Below, in pieces: positions 1 through 13,964 of a stretch of DNA of 64,000 nt. The stretch spans positions 334,118,001 through 334,182,000 of the forward strand of contig OZ024742.1 in assembly GCA_964016885.1 (NCBI GenBank). Direction: 5' to 3'. A model generated the notes under the pieces. The model did no database searches. It was not told the origin of the DNA and saw only the letters and a list, made by a program, of their open reading frames with translations. Source of the DNA: Eledone cirrhosa. Its lineage: Eukaryota. The position numbers and the translations under genes were made by a program. Position 1 is the stretch's first letter, and each line of letters begins with the position of its first letter.

Positions 1-38
1 AACAGGGATGAAGTGAACTTGATAAAACGATGGAAGAC

Positions 39-408
<370 letters not shown>

Positions 409-1384
409 AAGTATGTGTGTGCGCGTGTGTGTGTGTGTCAGTTTAATTTTGTTTTTTACATTAAGAACCTTCCATATTTTCCTATTAGCTTTTATGTTTG
501 GTTTGGAGCAAAAACTCTCCAAGTCTATTTATGATCTGTGACATTCACAGCCCAATCAAAGAATATAAGAAGTGTTGATTGTGTGCTTTACACTGAGCAA
601 ACAAATATAACCTTTTGCCATCGCCTAACCAAAGGTAGGTAGAAACAAAGGTAGATAGAAAAACATTAGTTGATAATATTTTCATTGACTATAGAATCTC
701 ATAAAAACCGTGTAATTATGGCGGCATTACTATTATCAAAGTATACGCCAAAAATGCCAGTTCCAGAACGACGACATCAATTACATAAACTGTAAAACGT
801 TAAGCTATAATAATTCGAAAGTTCTAGCGTTGACGATTTTACTAGCACTTGTGCAATTTTTGCGAAAGAGGTAAACCACATGTATAAGGTAATTACTGCA
901 AAGATTCTTATTGTAAAGATTCGGCTAAACATATCTTGAAACGTTCATAGGTTTGTGGATGAATGAACACACTTCTTCTAAATTATGAGGAATTATTAAA
1001 AATACACAATTGAAAAGATCTAAAAAGGAAAAGAATTAGTCTTTGACATAATATGCCAGAAAAAAGTCTAGCCACCCTTCCACGCACATTCACAAACACA
1101 TGCGCAGGTGTTTGTGTTAAAAAGTCTCTCTGTATGCACGCCTATTGAGTAAGGTGGTACTTAGCCATGTCTACCTTCATTTTTGGGAACGGTTAAAGAA
1201 TAACATAACAAAATTTGTAGACCATCCGATATCATAGATGAATTTGAAAACCTTAAATATGTAGTATGAATGCGAAACATTCTACTGTATCATCTATTAT
1301 TTATGTCTGATTACTGGTTGCAATCAGTTATGACTTGTTTTGGAGATTTGCACTCTCTATTCAGAGCTCAGTCAACTGTGTATT

Positions 1385-1720
1385 TCGCCATCATCATCTC
1401 ATCCGGCGGCCTCAAACGAGATGGACTCAACAATTGATCTCCACGTGGGCCTGTCGTCCATTGCCGTTGCCAAGTCCTGGATTTCAATACCAGAATCTCT
1501 GGAGATGACATGAGGGTAGGAGAGCTTGTACCCCTTGTTATTAATGACTGCTTGTGGTTTCCAAAGCACTAATGGGGACACAGTCTCATAGGTGGTACGA
1601 TGGAAGAGGCCAGCAAATCTTACTCTCCTTTCACGTACAACGACAGATATGCGTGGGAGTCCGGCATATATCTCTCTCAGGGGCAGATGTCGCAAGCCTG
1701 TGTTCTGAATGCGTTGAAGT
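1385..1720 (-). mobile_element. 5'-truncated RTE-clade LINE, 3' end of ORF plus short (GAT)n tail
   Basis: ORF 1399..1695 reads VRERRVRFAG..HR...VLWKP...LSYPHVISRDSG....DLATAMDDRPTWRSIV, the typical RTE C-terminal pattern. The stop is followed by GATGATGATG on the minus strand. Confidence 0.75.
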
Positions 1721-2299
1721 AGGGGAGTGTAAGTGCCATTAGAGAATGTAATCTCGGTCTAATACTTGCCAATGAAATTGGTTACACGGGTGATACATAG
1801 TAGCCCATCCAATGGACTATAACTAATAGCCAGTCTTGTTACATATTGTGTGCACACGAATTCGCCTGAGAAGTACGTTAATAATATTCTGGTGCAATAC
1901 AATTTCAAAGGAATACAGCTGTTCATTTAATCGAACAAATGGTACATTCACCGTAGGATGTGGTGTAGGTCCATTCTGTTCCATTCATGTAGGTGTGTAT
2001 ATGTGATAGCGCAGGGGTGTGCGTGTATGTACATACACACCCAAATGCGTGTGTCCATAAACTCGTATAAGACATCTGATGGACGAGAGAACTGTTGATG
2101 TTATTTTGCGCTAGCAAAAATTTGCAGATAAGAAAGTCAAACTAAACCTTGAAAAGTTGAAGAAGTAGTGGATTTAATGCCGCATTATATAGTTTATGAT
2201 ACCTCTATCTGATATTAGATGATTGTCCGTATGATATACATATGTATGCATGAGTGTGTATGTATCTCTGTATACATATGTGTGCGTCGTATGCATATC

Positions 2300-2344
<45 letters not shown>

Positions 2345-2347
<3 letters not shown>

Positions 2348-2546
2348 AGAAAATGAGGTTTTTTTTAAATGAAAAAAACCCCAGATGTCCTACACGAGTG
2401 AAAGAATAAGGAAAAGAAATCGAAAATGCAACTGGGGTCTTTTTAAGAATATTTATCTGTTTTCTTTACCGGTTTCACATTTTTATGCTTTTCAAAAGTA
2501 GAATTGAGATGGAGGGTTTAAACCAAAAACCCTCCATCTCAACTCT

Positions 2547-2550
<4 letters not shown>
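2345..2550 (-). mobile_element. Short dispersed repeat with a minimal HHR-like motif (other copies ~26985-27155 and ~32236-32430)
   Basis: Shared text gaggtttttt...gtcctacacgagtgaaa...gaaatcgaaaatgcaactgg...accggtttc..tgcttttcaaaagtagaattgagatggagg at three loci, each abutting (TA)n. The first copy ends in a hairpin at ~2498-2550. Confidence 0.75.
2464..2498 (-). ncRNA. Minimal type I hammerhead-like motif, U3-A8 variant
   Basis: Minus strand: ctt-TTGAAAA-gca(taaaaa)tgt-GAAA-ccgg-TA-aag. Stems are very short. Confidence 0.5.
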
Positions 2551-2582
<32 letters not shown>

Positions 2583-2648
2583 GAAGAGAGAAGAAACATT
2601 TAGATATAATTAGTAATAAAATGTATCATACCTAAACTGTTCCTAAAT

Positions 2649-2736
2649 TCCTCGACTACGTAGTTTCGTGGCATAAACAAAAACAATATATCAAAGATAT
2701 AGAGTCCTTGCGAGGTCTGCCGACTTATCAAGAGGA
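2649..2736 (-). ncRNA. Type I hammerhead ribozyme (U3-A8 core), copy 1
   Basis: tcctc-TTGATAA-[stem II gt.ggca...tgcc.ac with long insert]-GAAA-ctacgtag-TC-gagga. Confidence 0.8.
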
Positions 2737-3237
2737 TACCTCATTTTACTAGTCTCAAGAACGCGTCTACACGACGTGAGAAAGAATCCTAAAAGGCAGA
2801 GGGGGAGATAGTCACGCGATATAACGGTCGAGAAACAGAGCTAAGCCTCTTATAACCACGAAGAAAATACCACGGAGGCGGAGGGGGTATTCATATCGAG
2901 GCCGTAGAAGAGGTAGTGAAGAAGGCGAGAAGTATGAGTAATGGAAGCTTTCCAGTTGTCCCCACACTTCAAAGATTGCTCGACCAGAGGGAGTTATTAA
3001 TATATTTAGAAACACACAGATACATGCGGACACACATATATACATGAATGCATCCGCACCCAACTGTGAGTTAAGGGTGCCAACTTCACCGATGTTGCTC
3101 AATGAATGACTGGGACAGACCAATTCAGTTTGAACCAGACTGAACCAGTATCAGAGTTAAAAATACATTATGAAGAGAGAAGAAACATTTAGATATAATT
3201 AGTAATAAAATGTATCATACCTAAACTGTTCCTAAAT

Positions 3238-3325
3238 TCCTCGACTACGTAGTTTCGTGGCATAAACAAAAACAATATATCAAAGATATAGAGTCCTTGC
3301 GAGGTCTGCCGACTTATCAAGAGGA
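3238..3325 (-). ncRNA. Type I hammerhead ribozyme (U3-A8 core), copy 2
   Basis: Same motif as copy 1, 589 bp further along. Confidence 0.8.
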
Positions 3326-3828
3326 TACCTCATTTTACTAGTCTCAAGAACGCGTCTACACGACGTGAGAAAGAATCCCAAAAGGCGGAGGGGGAGATAG
3401 TCACGCGATATAACGGTCGAGAAACAGAGCTAAGCCTCTTATAACCACGAAGAAAATACCACGGAGGCGGAGGGGGTATTCATATCGAGGCCGTAGAAGA
3501 GGTAGTGAAGAAGGCGAGAAGTATGAGTAATGGAAGCTTTCCAGTTGTCCCCACACTTCAAAGATTGCTCGACCAGAGGGAGTTATTAATATATTTAGAA
3601 ACACACAGATACATGCGGACACACACATATATACATGAATGCATCCGCACCCAACTGTGAGTTAAGGGTGCCAACTTCACCGATGTTGCTCAATGAATGA
3701 CTGGGACAGACCAATTCAGTTTGAACCAGACTGAACCAGTATCAGAGTTAAAAATACATTATGAAGAGAGAAGAAACATTTAGATATAATTAGTAATAAA
3801 ATGTATCATACCTAAACTGTTCCTAAAT

Positions 3829-3916
3829 TCCTCGACTACGTAGTTTCGTGGCATAAACAAAAACAATATATCAAAGATATAGAGTCCTTGCGAGGTCTGC
3901 CGACTTATCAAGAGGA
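3829..3916 (-). ncRNA. Type I hammerhead ribozyme (U3-A8 core), copy 3
   Basis: Same motif, 591 bp after copy 2. Confidence 0.8.
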
Positions 3917-4612
3917 TACCTCATTTTACTAGTCTCAAGAATGCGTCTACACGACGTGAGAAAGAATCCCAAAAGGCGGAGGGGGAGATAGTCACGCGAT
4001 ATAACGGTCGAGAAACAGAGCTAAGCCTCTTATAACCACGAAGAAAATACCACGGAGGCGGAGGGGGTATTCATATCGAGGCCGTAGAAGAGGTAGTGAA
4101 GAAGGCGAGAAGTATGAGTAATGGAAGCTTTCCAGTTGTCCCCACACTTCAAAGATTGCTCGACCAGAGGGAGTTATTAATATATTTAGAAACACAGATA
4201 CATGCGGACACACACATATATACATGAATGCATCCGCACCCAACTGTGAGTTAAGGGTGCCAACTTCACCAATGTTGCTCAATGAATGACTGGGACAGAC
4301 CAATTCAGTTTGAACCAGACTGAACCAGTATCAGAGTTAAAAATACATTATGAAGAGAGAAGAAACATTTAGATATAATTAGTAATAAAATGTATCATAC
4401 CTAAACTGTTCCTAAATTCCTCGACTACGTAGTTTCGTGGCATAAACAAAAACAATATATCAAAGATATAGAGTCCTTGCGAGGTCTTCGTGGTTATAAG
4501 AGGCTTAGCTCTGTTTCTCGACCGTTATATCGCGTGACTATCTCCCCCTCCGCCTTTTGGGATTCTTTCTCACGTCGTGTAGACGCGTTCTTGAGACTAG
4601 TAAAATGAGGTA

Positions 4613-4700
4613 TCCTCTTGATAAGTCGGCAGACCTCGCAAGGACTCTATATCTTTGATATATTGTTTTTGTTTATGCCACGAAACTACGTAGTCGAGGA
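4613..4700 (+). ncRNA. Type I hammerhead ribozyme (U3-A8 core), inverted copy 4
   Basis: tcctc(4613-17) TTGATAA(4618-24) ... GAAA(4682-85) ctacgtag TC(4694-95) gagga(4696-4700). Confidence 0.8.
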
Positions 4701-5566
4701 ATTTAGGAACAGTTTAGGTATGATACATTTTATTACTAATTATATCTAAATGTTTCTTCTCTCTTCATAATGTATTTTTAACTCTGATACTGGTTCAGTC
4801 TGGTTCAAACTGAATTGGTCTGTCCCAGTCATTCATTGAGCAACATCGGTGAAGTTGGCACCCTTAACTCACAGTTGGGTGCGGATGCATTCATGTATAT
4901 ATGTGTGTGTCCGCATGTATCTGTGTGTTTCTAAATATATATATATATATATATATATATTTAGAAACACACAGATACATGCGGACACACACATATATAC
5001 ATGAATGCATCCGCACCCAACTGTGAGTTAATGGTGCCAACTTCACCGATGTTGCTCAATGGAATTTAGGAGCAGTTTGGGTATGATACATTTTATTACT
5101 AATTATATCTAAATGTTTCTTCTCTCTTCATAATGTATTTTTAACTCTGATACTGGTTCAGTCTGGTTCAAACTGAATTGGTCTGTCCCAGTCATTCATT
5201 GAGCAACATCGGTGAAGTTGGCACCCTTAACTCACAGTTGGGTGCGGATGCATTCATGTATATATGTGTGTGTCCGCATGTATCTGTGTGTTTCTAAATA
5301 TATTAATAACTCCCTCTGGTCGAGCAATCTTTGAAGTGTGGGGACAACTGGAACGCTTCCATTACTCATACTTCTCGCCTTCTTCACTACCTCTTCTACG
5401 GCCTCGATATGAATACCCCCTCCGCCTCCGTGGTATTTTCTTCGTGGTTATAAGAGGCTTAGCTCTGTTTCTCGACCGTTATATCGCGTGACTATCTCCC
5501 CCTCCGCCTTTTGGGATTCTTTCTCACGTCGTGTAGACGCGTTCTTGAGACTAGTAAAATGAGGTA

Positions 5567-5654
5567 TCCTCTTGATAAGTTGGCAGACCTCGCAGGGACT
5601 CTATATCTTTGATATATTGTTTTTGTTTATGCCACGAAACTACGTAGTCGAGGA
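5567..5654 (+). ncRNA. Type I hammerhead ribozyme (U3-A8 core), inverted copy 5
   Basis: Same motif with two substitutions in the stem II region (gttggca, gcaggga). Confidence 0.78.
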
Positions 5655-5749
5655 ATTTAGGAGCAGTTTGGGTATGATACATTTTATTACTAATTATATC
5701 TAAATGTTTCTTCTCTCTTCATAATGTATATATATATATATATATATAT

Positions 5750-7132
5750 ATTTATTAAAATAACAGATTAAAGTTTAAGCAAAGAATCGCTGCTTTCACC
5801 CTTAACGGGATCTTCTGAAACTAACAAAGTCAATCTGTAAACGCAGAACTGGATATTTCAAAAAACGTTGTAACCGGAGGAAGACAGGTAGACGATACTT
5901 TGGTTCGTGGTAACGTTCGCTGGCAAAGAACGGGAAAAAACGAATTATACGTCATTAATAGGAGCGGTAACAGAAATAAAAGACTATGTGACCTCTCGCC
6001 GCTGAGGCCCTGGAAATACTCTACGCCACAGACCACATCTTAAACAAAAAATCTGAGGCAATTTCGGCTTGTAAACATAAATTGCACAAAACTTTCCTGT
6101 ATTACAGCCCCACGTTATACCCTAACGGATAGCACGATCTATACGTGGATATTTTACGTCAAGATGTGGGAGCTAAGTATATGTTTGTTTATTCCTTTAC
6201 TTATTTGCATGGGTAAGTATATATTACCCGTATGTTTTGTGAAGGTATGTATACCTTCTCGTACGTATATTTGACTGTTATGGCGTATTATTTTTACATA
6301 TTCTGATATTTAGGGTTTGGCTATGTGTATACGGGAGTTTTGCGTCTGCGTGAGTATGCAGGTTCGTACGTATGGTGGGTGTGTGTATATCTGTACTTCT
6401 TGTTTTAGTTGACTTACGTCTCCGAACATTCGTGTATTTATATGTAGGTATGAGTGTGCGCTTGTTATATACGTATTTATTTACTTATATACGTTTATAT
6501 AATTATTTATTGATTTGTACACAAGCATACACACACACACATATTTATATGTGCGTGGTTTTGTATACCTATGGTAAGGTTTTGCGTATGCTTGTGTATG
6601 TACGTATCTATTTGCGGGTATGTATTTATTTGTTTCTATTACTTCTGTATTGTATTTATTTACTTTGTTCTTAACTCTGTAGCGGAGATTCATTTGGTCC
6701 CCTAGTTAGAATTTTAGTCTACGACTTCTGCTTACCATTTACGTGATTTTGTCTTTGCGTGCTATTGTTCTCCACGCTCCACATTTGACTTATTATCCTC
6801 GTTTTTTCGTTCATTGCCAGAGAACGTCTCTATGCACCACCTAATAGAACATTAGTCTACGACCTCTTTTATACCATAAACGTGGTTCTGTCTTTGAGCG
6901 TAATTGTTTTTCACCGCTCCTATTAATGATGTATTATTCGTTTGTTCCCGTTCTTTACCAGCGAACGTTACACCGAACCAAAGTATCGTCTTCCTGTCTT
7001 CCTCCGGTTGTAACGTTTTTTGAAATATCCAGTTCTGCGTTTACAGATTGACTTTGTTAGTTTCAGAAGATCCCGTTAAGGGTGAAAGCAGCGATTCTTT
7101 GCTTAAACTTTGATCTGTTATTTTAATAAATA
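5750..7132. mobile_element. Non-autonomous element bounded by ~215-bp inverted repeats (5750-5967 / 6914-7132)
   Basis: The arms are reverse complements with scattered mismatches. Parts of the arm recur at ~27342-27450 and ~27697-27725. The arm carries a degenerate HHR-like string (cagaaga-tccc-gttaa-gggt-gaaa). Confidence 0.8.
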
Positions 7133-7216
7133 TTTGCTCTACGGTTCTTATATATTTGATATATATTTATCCTTATCGAGCCCTCTTTGGATTTTAGTCT
7201 TCAATTTTATTATTAT

Positions 7217-7307
<91 letters not shown>

Positions 7308-7554
7308 TAGAAAATGGTTGGTGTAAGATATCTGGAAAATTAGAAATTTGAAATGGGTGCATGCCAATGCAATTGACCATAATCCTTTTGGTGTAAAAGT
7401 ACACAGAATAAGTCGTTGAAAAGGTAAGATGCTCAGATGTAAAGTGTTGAGCACGCAGTAAACTACAGGATGTGCGTAAAGTATGGGGGTTGATCTGCAT
7501 GGTCTTTGGACTTCCTGGTCTCCAGCTCATGAACACTTCATTCCTATATAATTG

Positions 7555-7640
7555 TTTCTACTTTTAGCACAAGACCAGCAATTACCCAGTGTATTACTGG
7601 TACTTTATTTTATCAACCCCACAAGGATGAAAGGCAAATA
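7555..7640 (+). mobile_element. Short interspersed repeat (SINE-like) fragment; related copies ~10330-10430, ~13320-13450, ~20030-20150, ~20955-21070
   Basis: Shared motif gcacaaggccagcaa...ctggtact(t)tattttatcgacccc..aaggatgaaaggcaaagt..acctcgg. Recalled as an abundant octopus SINE-type repeat; not database-checked. Confidence 0.7.
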
Positions 7641-7743
7641 TATAATAGGCTTATATATATATCAGTGGTAGCAGTTCTATGCAGTGGCAGCATTATCTGA
7701 CCTTCTACATACAAACACTCATGTATATATATATATATATTTC

Positions 7744-7856
<113 letters not shown>

Positions 7857-8477
7857 ACGCTTACGCTTGTTTCTTGGTTTATGTCGATGTACCTGACTTA
7901 ATTACTTCAAGGTGGTACTCAAGGATTGAAATCGGTAGAAGAATAAAAGATATTCAACGGATCAAGCATTTTAGTTTCTTGTGGATATTACGTACCGACC
8001 AAATCTAGAGGTAAGTCTATTGTTTAGTAAAATTCCAACTCAAATTTCGATACTCTGTTTAGCTAGTTTAACTTTATTTAAATAATTAGTCCATCAAGAC
8101 AAATATGAATATTATATTATTGACATCTGCTGGTAGCTCGAACAAATTCCTTTGCTAGAATTTAGGACCCGGCTCTTAATACGCTCCGTTGGTCCTGGCT
8201 ACGTAGACTTTCTTGAATATTTTCACAAATAACAAGTGGTTTCTGTGCATGATGTTTTCCTAATGCATTAACTGTTCACAGGGCTCAGCGATAAAACTGT
8301 AGTCCGGGAAAGTCTTTATGTCTCCAGGAGCATTCTTTATGTTCCCACACAAATCCGATTACAGTGTAATGTGTCCACTCCGATATTAAAATTCGTATTA
8401 CAACATACGATTTTTGTAAAATCATTGAGTGAGTGGTTAAAGCCGATCCTAGATGAAATCTATTGTCATTTTAATTA

Positions 8478-8642
<165 letters not shown>

Positions 8643-9504
8643 GAGATTTACTAATAAATTAGTGAAATCACCCCGCCACAAGATGCTTTGTGCACTCGTG
8701 GTATTGTAACACCTTGCCTCTTACTATGTTGCTCAATGGTAATTGAAATGAATTCAAGAAACAGCGTAAACTTATTAAATTTATTAGTGCGGTGGCAATA
8801 ATAGAACAATTTAATTACGGTTATAAATAAAATTAATACAACAAATATAAACTTAATAATGAGAAGGTTAGGTATATTACTAAATGTTTCCAAATTCTTG
8901 ATTTTCAACTTGCATTGTAAATCATAGGCAATGTCTTACATTATAAATACAGCAATGATATGTATAGTTCGTTCATACGAATCTAAAAGACTTCCATCAT
9001 AATTTGATGTAGCGTCCAACTTAATATTGAGAAAGTTATTTTAGTAAATGTCCACAATTTTTCAATATTTTCAAGATTATTTGAAAATTGTTGGCAGTAT
9101 CTTTCATTAGGAATATGACAGCGAAAATTGTAAGTTTTATCTGAATTATTGTATTTTTTCTTCCTTTCATTGTTCTCCTTTTTCGCTTTATTTCCTGATT
9201 TTCATAACATCCCACTTGATATGACCACTTCACTTCAATCATGAACAACAAGATGTGCCTCTTTACACTACCATAAATTATTTACACTGTGCGAGACGTT
9301 TATACATTATCTCATGGAATATTCATCTAATCGATAGTTCTATTACTAGTAAGAATTAATTAGCAATTCCCACACATTTTCATTGTACATAATGATCTCT
9401 AAATATAGATCGAGGTCAAAAGCTTTTGGAGGAAGAACCAGAGTACTAGCTTTATCACTCACTACTTTACTACTACTACTACTACTACTACTTATTTATT
9501 CTGG

Positions 9505-9740
9505 CAGAGGCGTGTGACCTATTGGTATGGATGTTAGACCCACGATCATTGTTCGTTGTTCCCGTATCCCAAGCTGAAAATGAGTATCATCAATAGCTGG
9601 GGGTTTAACACTTTGATGGAGAAGCGCCCTTTCCAGTGGGGAGTATAATAATCTGAGTCGCTTCACTCCACGGAAACCGGGATAAACTCCGGCCTGATGG
9701 GCCTCGAGGCTCGAGACAGACACCAGACTTAGAAGGGACT
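9505..9740 (+). mobile_element. Degenerate tRNA-derived SINE; opposite-orientation copy at ~32650-32830
   Basis: aagctgaaaatgagta...gatgga..gcgccc.tccag.gggg...agtcgcttcactccacggaaaccgg.ataa matches the reverse complement of 32670-32800. Confidence 0.6.
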
Positions 9741-11693
9741 CCACTTATACTCTTTGCAGACAACGAATCGAGGTATATTTTTGCGCATGATGTCAGTCGT
9801 AATAGGAACATTGTGCGTGGGAAGAGAATCCAAATAATAATTGTGTGATAGATACTGTGTAATTATAGTGTTTTAATTTTTAATGCCAAGCGAAATCAAA
9901 CCTGTAATACAGCAGCTTAGAATGTTTACGTTTTCGCTTACTCTGTGTGGAACAGCAGCCGACTCGTTCATGATTTACACCTTTAAAAGAGAACATGTTT
10001 GATAATGTAATCAATACACAGTGTGAGCTGGGCTTATAGATCAACTACAAAACAACAATCATAAGTTTACTCACTTTGTATTGATAGTAGTGACAGGTAC
10101 ATAACGCAACACGTTAGCATGTACAGAATGATACAGAATAAATAAAAGAGGAATTAAATTAAAAGTCTTCTTTCGTATATTGTGAGAGGTTTAAATGAGG
10201 ATATTGTGCTGAGATCAGGGAGCTTTTATTCCTTACAAAACATGACGATTTCCGTTATAATGAAAAAGAAAACTATCTAAACGAAAATGAACAATTCTAA
10301 TTACGACGGTATATTTGATAATTGTGTCTACTTTTTGGCACAAGGCCAGCAAATACCCAGTACATTACTGGTATTTTCTTTTATCGACTCCGTAAGGATG
10401 AAAGGCAAAGTTAACCTCGGTGGGATTATATTTGATAATGGAAACAATTAAGATGACGATGGCTTATTAATTGGTGTATGTGTGTGTAGATTTAAGTGTT
10501 TGTGCTGTCTACATGGGGGATTAGGAAGAGTATATTAAGTACAAGAAGATATAGCCTATGTCACTTGTACTATTGATATAAGGTGGAGGTAAGGTGCTGG
10601 TGGTGTTCTTTGGTGTTGTAGTAGTGGTAATAGGGGTGGTGACAGCGGTGCCGGTGGGTTTGTTAAAAATGAACAAGGTGTAATAGTAGAGATAGCTGAT
10701 TGGCAGACAGGCCGCTTACTGTCTGCCTGACTGGTGTCTCGTTGTATTGATGTTGACCTCTCTGTTCGACCGCCTTAACAGTCGATGGATGGATATTGGT
10801 TAGATGACAAGAGAGGTCAGGGATGGGTGTAGAATTCTAACACCACAGAGTTCATTTGTTGTTTTTTGTATTGTTGATGACAAATTCTTACTTTTTTTTT
10901 GTTTGTGTTGTTTATTTATTGTATGCGATTTTATTTATTTATTTATCTTATATATATATATATATTTTTATGTGGACTTTGTTTTGCTTCGGAAACATTC
11001 ATTCTCGAATTACAACGACTGGTCTTTTTGTCAACCACTGTAACGTCTGAGGTGTTTCATTAACACCTCATGCCTACACTGTTACAGGGCAGATCTAAAA
11101 TACACCATATGCTAGGTCATCCAACGCCAGCTCATTGGTACTGTCAGAAGATTTATGGGGGGGGTCGTGTTTATCTCAGTATTTAGTGTTCATGTATAAT
11201 GTGATAGGAAATATTTTAATAGAATTTACACTAAAAGGGACAAAATGATAATGACTGGCAGATAATTTAATGTTGTGACTACAGGGTTGTTTCTCGTTCT
11301 TAGAGAGGGAAATAGAGAGAGAGGGAGAGAGAGAGTATGTGTATGCGTGTGATATGTGCCTGCGTTTGTGGGTCTGCGTATGTGTCTATGGTTGTGTGAC
11401 GTATAAGCCTGACAGTGTATTTATGTTTAACCGTGTTCATTCCATTCAACGTGTAATCATTCTATATAAATATGTGTGTGTGTGTTTATGTGTGTATGTG
11501 CGTATGTGTGTGTTTTGTGTTTTGTGTGTGTGTCAATGTTTGCATGTATCCATGTGCCTCTGTGAGCTCGCCTGTGTGCGTGTTTCTATGTAAATATATG
11601 CATTTATTTTTATAAAGCAATGATTGTCGAGAAAGTTTTTTTAATGCGTTTGTAATGGAATAAATGTGTACTGTAAGCAGCATAGTTATGAAC

Positions 11694-11761
<68 letters not shown>

Positions 11762-13964
11762 TATGCGTGTGTGTGTGAGGGGGGGGGGGTGTACGTGAAT
11801 GCTTATTTGTATGAGTTTAAGTGCGTTTGTGTGAGTGTCTATTTATTTTTATATTTATGTTCATGTGTAGACGGTAGTGTGTGTGATAGTGTCCTGACAA
11901 CATGTGAGGATATATACCTGCGGTGGACTGGTAAGAATTCTGTGTAGAAATCGGGCTAGGTATTCGGAAGCGTGTTAAAAAGGAGTTACTGTTTCATGCA
12001 AGTTAAAGTGTAATATTTATTAATTCACGTACAATATGAAATAGATAGGGTCAATTCGATAGACTTCTGGTGTCCTTGGCCCAAGGACCACCTCCCTACG
12101 TACCACCATCGGCAAGGAGTTGGCAACCCACAGGTGTGAGCCTCGTGAGATGAAATGGTTTTTCCAACGCCTCTCTCTCAACATTTTCAGAGAAAACGTC
12201 TTCTCTATTCTGTCCGTCAGGGGCGCGGAGCGGCCAGAGCATGGGCCCCCATTTGCTTATAATTGTGAGAGAGAAGGAAGTGACTATACCAGTATTTTGT
12301 AGAGTCAAAGGTTAAGTGATTTTGTTAAATACATTATTCATTTCAGAATATTTTCTTATTCGGTGACGTTTGATTTTTCATCCATAAAGAAATTACAGAG
12401 GAGGGGGAGTGATACCTTTACTACAGAAAACATTGCAGTAACACAGCAACATCAATATGTGTAATATATTTTATTTCAATAAAAGAAATTATTAAATTCC
12501 TGTGCACTCCAATGGAATGATTGGATAACAACGTACGTCTCAATGGGTGAAGCTGAGAAAGAAATCATGTGAAGATTTTTATTATAATTTTTTTATTATT
12601 CCATTAAAATGACTGGTTTTAGTTTTTGTAATCATGCCGGAACCCTTTATTTGTTGACTTGAATTCTTGTTTCAGTCTAGTAAGCATGTTGTGGGCCTAT
12701 TCTGCTAAACTCATAAAGGCACTGTCATTGCATATGGCGTATCTTGATCAGTTAAGCCTGTTAGAACCCATTTTTCTCCAGGTTGTATTTCTTTTCGTCC
12801 TGAGACACAGAGAGCAAGGAGATAAAACGTGAAACCGTAAGGAATAGCACAGGGTGTGTTTTATGACACGCTTAGTTCGGCACATACACGCTAAAAGCTG
12901 AAGCATCGACTTTCACATCAATACAAGTCATCGTGCTGAGATGTACTCCAAAAATGATAGATAAGTTTAGAACAGCAACTAATGTGCTCTGATCTAGGTT
13001 GCAAACCCAGCTTCTGTGTGGACATACGAGAATACTACAAAAATAGACTTCAACAGTGGAGATAGTATATGTTCATATAGCAGTACAACATCCCAAAAGA
13101 GTAATCAATTCCCCCGAGATTGCTGTTATATAGGAGGTTTACAATAATAATGAAATTAATGACATTATCATATCGCCATTCCATTAATGCGGTGGTTATA
13201 TCGAAGCATGTGTAATGCAATATATTTCCCGTAAATAATTAGACGTAGCTGAAATATCATGTGTTATTTACAATAATTGTTTCTTATTCAGTTCCATGGC
13301 TAGCGATTTGGTGTGAGGGGAAATTCGATTGTATCGATCCAACTACTTGACTGGCTCTTTATTTTATACAGCCCGGAAATATGTAAGGCAAAGTGGACCT
13401 CGGTTGGATTTGATCTCAGGACGTAAATAGCCAGAACAAATAGCATAAAATAGTTGTCCAACACAATTAATCTTATTCCTATTAAAAGTGATATCTTGGA
13501 ATTTTGTGCGAGAACGATGAATTCAATTCAACTCTTCTCTCTTTTTTTTTTCTGAGTGGGGATCAATTGAGACGGGACTAGAAACGGGAGTGTGTATGTT
13601 GTTATGTTCTCCAAGAGACCTTCCGTCGAATATTTTCGTTTGAACAACATTTTGCAGGATCCTATTATGCCTTGATACATTAAATGGAAGCTGGAGATAA
13701 CATTGCCTGGCACGAATATGCTCTTTATTTTACCAACAGTACTATCTTGTTCTTGACCTATGGATGAGCAGGTGTGTGGCCCAAAATTATTGACAATTTA
13801 TCATCAGAAACCCGAAGGTCATCTTCTTGCTATTTACACAGTCATTAAAGTGATATTGAACCACGATTTTGGGGAAGGATAAAATGCAAACATTCATGGT
13901 CAAGCTTATTTTCCCTGGCACTTCTAGCTTTAGGATTTACTTAGTCTGCAATCATACAACCCAA

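Larger units (their letters stand above)
2579..5725. mobile_element. Tandem and inverted array of a ~590-bp HHR-containing unit (retrozyme/Penelope pLTR-like)
   Basis: Near-identical units start at ~2579, 3168, 3758 and 4347 (partial), with periods 589/591/589. Inverted copies lie at ~4486-4935 and ~5061-5725, with a short forward piece at 4961-5060. Both array ends run into (TA)n. Confidence 0.9.

Noticed and set aside
2812-5491. Four near-identical 75-103 aa ORFs in the 590-bp units
   Set aside because: They have no recognisable domain, their starts shift with microsatellite indels between copies, and their identity simply reflects the DNA repeat.
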